Shown here piece after piece: positions 26,732-33,876 of a DNA stretch of 41,294 nucleotides. The notes under the pieces were generated by a model that had not been told where the DNA came from, did not search any database, and worked only from the letters and a program-made list of their open reading frames with translations. The position numbers and the translations under genes were made by a program. The stretch is from a virus (lineage: Duplodnaviria; Heunggongvirae; Uroviricota; Caudoviricetes): positions 1 through 41,294 of IMG/VR virus record IMGVR_UViG_3300033074_000010. The stretch is one strand, 5' to 3'. The first letter of the stretch is position 1; each line of letters starts with the position of its first letter.

Positions 26732-27668
26732 TTATGGCCCCCATAAACGCCTTTATAAATTCGGCAGCTACTTGCGGGACGATGGCATTGCCGTAACCGC
26801 GCAATCGTCCCACTCTGGCGGGTATCCCATTAGCCAGCGGGAATGTGCCGGGTTCAACTGGCCGGAATTTTCCATCCCGGCAGCCGAGCCAGTCAGTATC
26901 TGACCAGAAGCCGCGATGCGAATTGGTTGCGTTATCGCCGCCGCTTGTGCCACGTCTTGAGGTCCACCCTTCCTCTGAATCTCCGATAGCGACCCCTCTA
27001 GTGTTCTCACGTTCTTTTCCCCATCCGAACTGCGAGGGGTGGGCCAATTCGTCAGTTTTAGCCCCTGTTCCGTTGAGTAGTCCAGCCTGTCGAATGTTCT
27101 GTCCTTCCCGTCCTTGCGGATAACAGTCTCTCCGCTCCCTTTGTAATCGTTCGCTGTCGGTGTAGGCCAGTTGGTACGCACCAAAGAAGAGTCGTTCTCT
27201 TTTGTGCGGAGCGCCGACGCTACAAGCTGGGAGTACGGCAAACCCGACGGCGTAGTCTTCTCCTTCCAGGTGAGTTTGTAAATCGCACATCCACGATTTT
27301 GCAATTGCTGGTGCAACCTGTTCCCCAAAGAGGACTGGAGGGTGGCACTCGCTGATGAGGTCGAGGAAGACTGGCGCGAGGTGTCTCGGGTCGAACTGTC
27401 CGAGTTGTTTTCCTGCCGCGCTAAACGGTTGGCAAGGCGGGCTTCCCGTCCAGAGAGGCGTATCTTCCGAAACTCCCGCAAGTCTGAGCGCGAGAGGCCA
27501 GCCGCCGATGCCAGCGAAAAAATGACACTGGGTGAACCCGTCAAGGTCTTCTGGCTTAACTTCGGTAATGCTTCTTTCATCTACAACTCCAAAAGGTATT
27601 TGACCCTGTTTTATTAATTCCCGCAGCCACGCAGCAGCGCCTTTATCCCATTCATTGTAATAGTTCAT
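26724..27668 (-). CDS. DNA (cytosine-5)-methyltransferase
   Basis: Motif I FFAGIGG, motif IV SPPCQPFS (PC dipeptide); 314 aa. Confidence 0.8.
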   Translation of the reverse strand: MNYYNEWDKGAAAWLRELIKQGQIPFGVVDERSITEVKPEDLDGFTQCHFFAGIGGWPLALRLAGVSEDTPLWTGSPPCQPFSAAGKQLGQFDPRHLAPVFLDLISECHPPVLFGEQVAPAIAKSWMCDLQTHLEGEDYAVGFAVLPACSVGAPHKRERLFFGAYQLAYTDSERLQRERRDCYPQGREGQNIRQAGLLNGTGAKTDELAHPSQFGWGKERENTRGVAIGDSEEGWTSRRGTSGGDNATNSHRGFWSDTDWLGCRDGKFRPVEPGTFPLANGIPARVGRLRGYGNAIVPQVAAEFIKAFMGAING

Positions 27669-27856
27669 TTGGCCACCAGAACTAACTCTTTACGCCCGAA
27701 CGCCGTAACGTTACCCGTTACATCTTCGATAACCAGTTTACCGTTCGACTCGACGAACACCGTATCAACGGCAACAGGACGGCGGGTCTTAACATTGAAA
27801 ATCATGTCACCTGGTACGATGTCGCGTGCTGGTTTGCGGTCATATTCGTGTTTCAT
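27665..27856 (-). CDS. hypothetical protein (63 aa)
   Basis: ORF track; RBS AAGGA; first gene after promoter at 27891-27919. Confidence 0.5.
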   Translation of the reverse strand: MKHEYDRKPARDIVPGDMIFNVKTRRPVAVDTVFVESNGKLVIEDVTGNVTAFGRKELVLVAK

Positions 27857-27887
27857 TTCTCAATTCCTTATATTGTTGGGGTATGTG

Positions 27888-28175
27888 TTAACTATAATAG
27901 TGTGCTATTAGGGTGTCAACCTGTTTAAACGAGCCAACGACAAAAACATTTGCACCACGTTTACGCATACGCTCGTGCTCTCGTAACTGGTGCGGGTCTG
28001 GCTTCGTGTTTTCGTCTTTCTTCACCTCGACAAACCAGACTATGCCGCCAGGGAGAATTACCAGCAGGTCTGGAGCGCCGGAGCGCCCCTCGTAGGAAAG
28101 TTTACGAACGAGGCCACCAATGGCCTCGAATCGCTCCTTCGTGTATTTCTGTATTTTGCCCTCAGGCGTACTCAT
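27888..28175 (-). CDS. VRR-NUC domain nuclease (putative)
   Basis: PD-(D/E)XK-like core GAPDLLVILPGGIVWFVEVKK; 95 aa. Confidence 0.65.
   Translation of the reverse strand: MSTPEGKIQKYTKERFEAIGGLVRKLSYEGRSGAPDLLVILPGGIVWFVEVKKDENTKPDPHQLREHERMRKRGANVFVVGSFKQVDTLIAHYYS
27891..27919 (-). promoter_or_regulatory. sigma70-like promoter with conserved box (site 2)
   Basis: Read on - strand: TTGACA (27914-27919), 17 nt, TATAGT (27891-27896); palindrome AATAGTGTGCTATT 27896-27909. Confidence 0.6.
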
Positions 28176-28256
28176 CTACACACCCCTCACGTTTCGTATG
28201 CTCAATCCCGCAGCGCGGACAGATTCGGAAGTCTTCTTCATATATCCAGTAAATTT

Positions 28257-28388
28257 TCATTCCAGCACCCATAGATAAATTGCGATGAACATGCCCAATA
28301 TGGCAACCATCATGCCATATTGGCCCTCGTGACAGTAGACACCGACAGCAAATCCCGCCAGTACTGCGATAATCAGTTTACTTAGCAT
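28257..28388 (-). CDS. possible small membrane protein (43 aa)
   Basis: Hand-translated MLSKLIIAVLAGFAVGVYCHEGQYGMMVAILGMFIAIYLWVLE; start overlaps end of polymerase gene. Confidence 0.3.
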   Translation of the reverse strand: MLSKLIIAVLAGFAVGVYCHEGQYGMMVAILGMFIAIYLWVLE

Positions 28389-30558
28389 AACGCTTCATCT
28401 CCGCACCTTCTGCTACAAGAGGGAACCCCTCAGCCCATTCCGGTAATTCGCACATCAATCGTTCCAGTTCTGCGACATTGTATTCTGGTAAATCTGGTGT
28501 CTCGCAGATAATCTCATCGTGAACATGAAGCACAATCGGGTAGCCGTTTGCCTCTACGTTCAGCAGCGCATTAGCCAGCAAATCACGGCACAGCGCCTGA
28601 GTGCAGTTTTCCACCAGTTTACCCGAGTAGGTGTACTGAAACCCCCACTGGCGGGTTAGCTGATTTTCACCCTGGTACTTGATGCGCACGTTGGTAGACA
28701 CCTTTCCATCTTCGTCTGTCTCTTTCGACACGCTCAATCCTACGCCTGGGTATGACATAACGCGACCCGACGGCAACGTCATGCGCAACCACCAACCGGC
28801 GACTTTGTTGCCGTTGTTGTCTGTTTCTACGCTACGCGAAAACTTAACGCCACGCGGCCCTGCGGTGAACTCTTTACCTGGATTACGGATAGCTGCCATA
28901 GCCGCGTCTTCAATATCTCGCCAGAAAGCTACTGTTTCCGGGTGTGACTCACGCCACATGCGCTTGATAGCGTCGCAGGTACGCCACACTTTCTTATCCA
29001 GAATATATGATGGCCGGTCGTCCTTTTCACCAGGCCGCGGGGGCCGCTTGGCTTCCTGAATACGCGCCCACTCATATCCACGTGCGGTAGCGGCCCAGAT
29101 GTGGTCGGGGAAAGTCCCGTCCATTGTTTTTGCCATATCAACAAGGTCAAGGCCGAGGTTCTTGGCGAACTGTACGAATGCTCCGACACCGCCAGCGTAG
29201 CCGAGGCCCAGTTCGCAGGCCTTGCCAATCTGGCGTAAGTCTTTACGTTCTTTCTTAATGTAATCCGGCTCCATGCCGAACATCTTACCCGCTGTTACGC
29301 AGTAAATATCCAGTCCGGCGCGGAACGTATCAAGCGCGGTTTCTTCACCCGCCAGCCACGCAAGCCCTCGGCCCTCAACGTTCGAGTAATCGGCGACGAC
29401 AAACTTATGCCCGGCTTCCGGTATTATGCAGCTACGAACCGTCGATGCAGTTAGTTTGGCTACATCAAAACGGCGATGCGCACGGCCTTTAAGTAACGCA
29501 GAAATGCCTTTATCCAGTTCATCATCATGGTAGTACCCGCGCGCCAGGTTCTGCGGCTGGAAGCCTTTACCAGCAAACCGTAACGTACGCTTTGCCCCAC
29601 CGTACTGGATACAACCGCGACGTCGGTCGTCCGAAGAGCGACCCAACAGCAGCGGGTTATATTTCGTGGACGCGGTGGACGCGGCCCCGAGGCGCATTTC
29701 GATAATTGTGCGCGCGTCGTCGGGTAGATCATCATCCGCAAGCAGGTCATTAAGCGTCGACTTCTGCGCATTGTGGATGCGGTGCGCTGGAGCAAGCTCA
29801 CGCAGAATAGGCAGAAAGTCTTTACCAGTAAGCGAGCCGCCGTATTTACGTTGAGCTTCTTCCTGTAACTGCGCTTTGTGTTTCTCTACGGCTTCAATCG
29901 CGGCTTCTGCCAGTGCAACGTCAACCTTAAACCCGCGGTCGTTGATTAACTGGTCCAACTCCAGTACACGGTCTTCGAACTCAGAGTTACCCCAACGCGG
30001 CAGCTTATGGAAGACTTCACGCATCGCAGTGATGTCGCTCACGGCGTACTTGATGAACAGCGCCCACTCATCCGGGTGCGTTTCAGCAGTGTAGCGGCGG
30101 ATTTTGTAGTTCTTCGGTGTCGGTTTAGAAAAACGCTGAATAAGCGCTTTGCCTCGTTTGTCTTTCGCGTTGTCTGCGGACACGCCAAGCACTTCACACA
30201 GCGCATCAAGAGAACCCGGCAGCGCGTGACGAAACGCCCAAATCATCGTATCAATGGTGTTGCTTACCGGAATATCAAAGTCCCAGCAATGCTTCATGAT
30301 GAGCCTATCGAAAAGTCCACCGTTGTGCCACACCATCTTGATGCGGCTGTTTGGTTTAACCAGGCGGCGCAAGGCGCGATGCAAATCCCCCGGCATGTCG
30401 CTGCCGTCGGTGCAGTCCCATACCTGTACAGGCTCGTCGTCAAAAGCATATGTGCAGATAAGCACTTCGGTGGTTGGGTGTTCGGCGTAAGCGTAGGAAC
30501 CGACTTTCTTTAAATCGGCTTCGGAGAATGTTTCAAAGTCCAGGTATAAGTAGCTCAT
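28378..30558 (-). CDS. DNA polymerase, family A, with 3'-5' exonuclease domain
   Basis: Exo motif YLYLDFETFS; Pol A motif A-like DYSNVEGR and motif C-like HVHDEI; start ATG 30558 after AAGGAAAAAGAA (track ORF extends to TTG 30612). Confidence 0.85.
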   Translation of the reverse strand: MSYLYLDFETFSEADLKKVGSYAYAEHPTTEVLICTYAFDDEPVQVWDCTDGSDMPGDLHRALRRLVKPNSRIKMVWHNGGLFDRLIMKHCWDFDIPVSNTIDTMIWAFRHALPGSLDALCEVLGVSADNAKDKRGKALIQRFSKPTPKNYKIRRYTAETHPDEWALFIKYAVSDITAMREVFHKLPRWGNSEFEDRVLELDQLINDRGFKVDVALAEAAIEAVEKHKAQLQEEAQRKYGGSLTGKDFLPILRELAPAHRIHNAQKSTLNDLLADDDLPDDARTIIEMRLGAASTASTKYNPLLLGRSSDDRRRGCIQYGGAKRTLRFAGKGFQPQNLARGYYHDDELDKGISALLKGRAHRRFDVAKLTASTVRSCIIPEAGHKFVVADYSNVEGRGLAWLAGEETALDTFRAGLDIYCVTAGKMFGMEPDYIKKERKDLRQIGKACELGLGYAGGVGAFVQFAKNLGLDLVDMAKTMDGTFPDHIWAATARGYEWARIQEAKRPPRPGEKDDRPSYILDKKVWRTCDAIKRMWRESHPETVAFWRDIEDAAMAAIRNPGKEFTAGPRGVKFSRSVETDNNGNKVAGWWLRMTLPSGRVMSYPGVGLSVSKETDEDGKVSTNVRIKYQGENQLTRQWGFQYTYSGKLVENCTQALCRDLLANALLNVEANGYPIVLHVHDEIICETPDLPEYNVAELERLMCELPEWAEGFPLVAEGAEMKRYAK

Positions 30559-30680
30559 TTCTTTTTCCTTAAATCCAGTGCCTTCGTTTCGCTGAGTCTT
30601 ATTTTCATACAATCACGGCAAATCCACACATGCCTGTACCCGGCCCGGTACTCATCCGCGTACCAAGGAAGCGGTTTCAT
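30555..30680 (-). CDS. possible small Cys-containing protein (41 aa)
   Basis: Hand-translated MKPLPWYADEYRAGYRHVWICRDCMKIRLSE...; stop overlaps polymerase ATG; no clear RBS. Confidence 0.25.
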   Translation of the reverse strand: MKPLPWYADEYRAGYRHVWICRDCMKIRLSETKALDLRKKK

Positions 30681-30725
30681 ATAGCGATAAACGTGTTTAC
30701 AGAAAAACATTATTTTCGACCCTTA

Positions 30726-30749
30726 GTAAAAAGGCCCAATGAAGGGCCT
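30726..30749 (-). terminator. rho-independent terminator (minus strand)
   Basis: On - strand stem AGGCCC/GGGCCT followed by U5; lies between SSB and polymerase genes. Confidence 0.55.
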
Positions 30750-30769
30750 TAGTTAAATTGATTCAGATA

Positions 30770-31396
30770 TTAGCGGCGGCGACGTTCGCGGCGCGGTGCT
30801 GCATCTTCTTCGTCGTCTTCAAGGTCATTGACGCTAGCAGCGACTTTAGAACCCCCGAACGCTTTACCTTCGCCGACGTATTTAATCGCCAGCAGGTTAA
30901 CACCGAGGACTTTGTATTTCTGGCTGAACCAGATTTCAACGCTTACGTTAGCAACGCAGCCACTGTAAACCTGTTCGCCTTCAATCTGTTCGCCGTCTAC
31001 ATTGAAGTCCTGCTCTACCTGAGTCTCACCTTTTTTAGAAGTTACAATCAGCGGCTGTTTCTGCGCTTTCGCTTTGAAGTAGAAGCCTTCCGGGAAGTCT
31101 TCAAACGGATTGTCGCGCTCAGCAATGTCTTTAATCGCGCATTTATCCATGTGCTTACCTTCGCCGTAGTTTGACTTCATCCACTTCTCGGCAGCGGCTG
31201 CGCCTAACGCTTCTTCAACTACAGCGTAAACAGTGTCGTATAGCGCATCGATTTGAGCATGGTCAGACGGCAGGATGATAGTCGCGCTGTACCGGCCTTT
31301 AGTGATTGAGCCATCATCGTTTTCACGGTCTTTTTCGCGTTCGAATACGTTTACCCAAGCAGTGTTTACTTTACGCAGATTCAGTTTAATACCCAT
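30770..31396 (-). CDS. ssDNA-binding protein (T7 gp2.5-like, putative)
   Basis: 208 aa; acidic C-terminal tail DLEDDEEDAA; resemblance to gp2.5-type SSBs; adjacent to nuclease and polymerase. Confidence 0.5.
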   Translation of the reverse strand: MGIKLNLRKVNTAWVNVFEREKDRENDDGSITKGRYSATIILPSDHAQIDALYDTVYAVVEEALGAAAAEKWMKSNYGEGKHMDKCAIKDIAERDNPFEDFPEGFYFKAKAQKQPLIVTSKKGETQVEQDFNVDGEQIEGEQVYSGCVANVSVEIWFSQKYKVLGVNLLAIKYVGEGKAFGGSKVAASVNDLEDDEEDAAPRRERRRR

Positions 31397-31449
31397 CTTA
31401 ATTTCTCGCTTTTCAGTTTACTCCGGGAACTGCCCGGCCAGTGATTAGA

Positions 31450-31478
31450 ACTATAATAGCTAACTATTCGGGTGTCAA
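31450..31478 (-). promoter_or_regulatory. sigma70-like promoter with conserved box (site 3)
   Basis: Read on - strand: TTGACA (31473-31478), 17 nt, TATAGT (31450-31455); palindrome AATAGCTAACTATT 31455-31468. Confidence 0.6.
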
Positions 31479-31482
31479 CACT

Positions 31483-32724
31483 TTATTCCAAATCTTCTTC
31501 ACTAACCTGATTCCACTCAGGACGTTTGTCGTCTGCCATTGCTACACATGGCGCACCTGGCTTGCGGGTGATGAAGTCTTTCAGTTCTTCTTCCGGTATT
31601 ACTTTAACAGCTTCGGTCGGTGTCATGAGCACTTCTTTAGTCAGCTTGTCGCCGTAGAGTTCTGTCACTTTCTCCGCGTCTTTCCACGCACGATTACCGG
31701 GGCGACCTTCAACCAGTTTGTATCCTGGCACTTTCTTACCTGAATGCAAAGCAGCAGCCATCGCTTTCTCAACCTTGTCGATGTGCTGGCGCAACAACGG
31801 CAGCTTCTCATACTCAGCGACGAGTTGCTCCGGCGTAAGTTCCAGTGCAAAGTCGTCCTCCAGTTCTTCTGCCAGCACCGCGTTAACGGTTTTTGTACGC
31901 GCAGCGCACTGTTCAGAGAACCGACACCACTGGCACCCATCGACCGACGGCTTGAAGTCCGACGCTTTCAAGTTCTTCTTGCCACGGGAATAAGCATCAA
32001 GAGCTAACAGTGCACGTTTCTGGGCAAACTTAGCGAACAGTTCCAGACCTTCAACCGAAATGTCCCATTCCGACGCGCCACCAGCGTACGGCTGGAAGAT
32101 AACCAGACGAACCACGGTGATGTTATAACGTCTCTTGAGTCGGCGATAAACACCGAGAGCGTAAAGCATAAGCTGCTTGTTTTCTTTCGCTTCGACACGA
32201 TGCCGTCCTGTTTTCAGGTCGCCGATTACGAGCATATGCCCGTCGGTGTTTGCCAGTTCCTGAACGGCAACAAGGTCGGCGGTCCCGAACGTCTCAACGC
32301 CTTCGTAGCCTTGGTGCAATACCTCGGTAAGATTGACGCGCATTTCCAGCTTAGCGTAAGTCGCTACGTCGATAATCGCTTTGCAATAGTCGGTGTACTT
32401 GCGCACCTGCTCAATCATGTCTGCCGTAATCAGTACAGCGCCTTTCATCGGGCTGATTAGCGCTTTAATCTGGCCTCTACCCTCATCCAGCACGTAAGCG
32501 CCTACTTCGCGCTCTAACGGCAACGCAGTTCCGCGTATATACGCGTTTAAATGATATTCAGAAATGCTATGCATCGCCGTACCTAACACGGCAGCCTTGC
32601 CTGATGTGTTAGGAATATCTTTCTCACAGGCCAGCGATGCGGCACAACTCAGCCATTTCTTGGCTCCTGATGGTGACAGTAAGGCGTGCACATCATTATT
32701 GCCGCCGCGTTCTTTTAGAATCAT
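31483..32724 (-). CDS. PD-(D/E)XK exonuclease, Cas4/RecB-like with C-terminal Cys cluster
   Basis: N-terminal LSPSGAKKWLSC motif; C-terminal CQWCRFSEQC cysteines; start ATG 32724 in ATGA overlap (track extends to 32739). Confidence 0.75.
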   Translation of the reverse strand: MILKERGGNNDVHALLSPSGAKKWLSCAASLACEKDIPNTSGKAAVLGTAMHSISEYHLNAYIRGTALPLEREVGAYVLDEGRGQIKALISPMKGAVLITADMIEQVRKYTDYCKAIIDVATYAKLEMRVNLTEVLHQGYEGVETFGTADLVAVQELANTDGHMLVIGDLKTGRHRVEAKENKQLMLYALGVYRRLKRRYNITVVRLVIFQPYAGGASEWDISVEGLELFAKFAQKRALLALDAYSRGKKNLKASDFKPSVDGCQWCRFSEQCAARTKTVNAVLAEELEDDFALELTPEQLVAEYEKLPLLRQHIDKVEKAMAAALHSGKKVPGYKLVEGRPGNRAWKDAEKVTELYGDKLTKEVLMTPTEAVKVIPEEELKDFITRKPGAPCVAMADDKRPEWNQVSEEDLE

Positions 32725-32993
32725 ACCCTGTTCTCCCACTGGTCAATTAAATGTCTGGTCTGGTGCTGGCAATGCATGGCCCATCCATACATCGACTCGA
32801 AGACATAAAAGTCAGGCTTGGCAAAAGTCGTGCGCTTAATCTGCGACACATGACGGCCTATATCTTTAGCCCGCGGTACTTTGCCTAAGTACGCCATCTC
32901 TTCCATCTGGTGCGCACCTGACGGCGCACGCAACAGCCACAACGCCTCTGTGTTATCCCGCCTGTCAACGGCGCGGTAGAGTTGGTAAATCAT
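32721..32993 (-). CDS. hypothetical protein (90 aa)
   Basis: ORF track; RBS GAGGG; translationally coupled to exonuclease. Confidence 0.5.
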   Translation of the reverse strand: MIYQLYRAVDRRDNTEALWLLRAPSGAHQMEEMAYLGKVPRAKDIGRHVSQIKRTTFAKPDFYVFESMYGWAMHCQHQTRHLIDQWENRV

Positions 32994-33036
32994 AATTACG
33001 ACCCTCAGTTAAAGCGGCCCGAAGGCCGCGAGATAA

Positions 33037-33519
33037 TTATTCTTCTTCGAAATACTTGTTCTTGATTGCTGTCAGGCGTTCCAGGTACTCGGCCAGGTCT
33101 TCGTCTTTAATCGCGGCAATCTTCATCTTCTTACCGGTGAACTCTTCCAGCAGTTCATCAGAATCGTCGCACGCGGCATCGCTCGGACCTTCGTTAATTG
33201 CATCGTCGATAGCCTGAATCTGGTCACGAAGAGACTGGTAATCGACTTCTTCTTTCTCTTCTTCCGGCTCTGGCGTTGGTTCCTCTACTTTAGCTTTACG
33301 CGGCTTACGTTTTGGCTTCTCTTCTTCTGCTGGTTTAGTGTCAACGACGTCTTCACCTTCTACCGGGATTTCTTTTGCTGTCTCGATTGTTGCGGTTTGT
33401 TCAACGACCTCTGCGACTAATGCAGTTTTTGCAACATTAACTTGTTTCGCACTATTCGCAGCAATCAGTTCATGGGCGACTACGAAACGTTCCAGTAATT
33501 TAATAAATTGTTCTAACAT
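33037..33519 (-). CDS. hypothetical acidic protein (160 aa)
   Basis: First gene after promoter site 4; RBS GAGGAGAG; Glu/Asp/Pro-rich central region. Confidence 0.6.
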   Translation of the reverse strand: MLEQFIKLLERFVVAHELIAANSAKQVNVAKTALVAEVVEQTATIETAKEIPVEGEDVVDTKPAEEEKPKRKPRKAKVEEPTPEPEEEKEEVDYQSLRDQIQAIDDAINEGPSDAACDDSDELLEEFTGKKMKIAAIKDEDLAEYLERLTAIKNKYFEEE

Positions 33520-33550
33520 TTGTTTCTCTCCTCTCGTTTGGTATGGGCTA

Positions 33551-33579
33551 ACTATAATAGTGAACTATTCACTTGTCAA
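33551..33579 (-). promoter_or_regulatory. sigma70-like promoter with conserved box (site 4)
   Basis: Read on - strand: TTGACA (33574-33579), 17 nt, TATAGT (33551-33556); palindrome AATAGTGAACTATT 33556-33569; divergent from the Cro-like gene. Confidence 0.6.
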
Positions 33580-33643
33580 TGGGCTTTTATAAAATAATTA
33601 ATATGGTACTATTCACATATCAACTGACTAAGGAGTAATTGAC

Positions 33644-33859
33644 ATGCAACCATCTGAACTAGGCATCCGTGTAGAGCAACGCCGTAAAGAACTCGGCATC
33701 TCCCAGCGCCGTCTGGCTGTCCTGACCGGCGTTTCTCAGGGCGCGATTAACCAACTGGCACTCGGCGTAACTCAGGACGTCCGCCCTGCAACGCTGTTTA
33801 AACTGGCGGAAGTGCTGGAAGTAGACGCCAAGTGGCTGGCGTTAGGTGAAGGGGCTTAA
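33644..33859 (+). CDS. HTH transcriptional regulator, XRE/Cro-like
   Basis: 71 aa; HTH ISQRRLAVLTGVSQGAINQL; strong RBS AAGGAG (33630-33635). Confidence 0.75.
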   Translation: MQPSELGIRVEQRRKELGISQRRLAVLTGVSQGAINQLALGVTQDVRPATLFKLAEVLEVDAKWLALGEGA

Positions 33860-33874
33860 AGCCCCTTTCTTTTT
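33851..33874 (+). terminator. rho-independent terminator
   Basis: Stem GGGGC/GCCCC around the stop codon followed by TTTCTTTTT. Confidence 0.55.
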
Positions 33875-33876
33875 AC

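Noticed and set aside
26768-27580. 270-aa minus-strand ORF in a different frame from the methyltransferase
   Set aside because: Same strand but alternate frame of a gene carrying clear C5-methyltransferase motifs; Ser/Arg-rich low-complexity translation; judged spurious.
30601-30612. TTG at 30612 as DNA polymerase start (as in the ORF track)
   Set aside because: The downstream in-frame ATG at 30558 has a strong AAGGA-type RBS and yields the conserved exonuclease motif close to the N-terminus; the longer form is kept only as an alternative.
33014-33029. Hairpin GCGGCC-CGAA-GGCCGC as a terminator between early genes
   Set aside because: Stable stem but no U tract on the transcribed (minus) strand; more likely an RNA stability or processing element than an intrinsic terminator.
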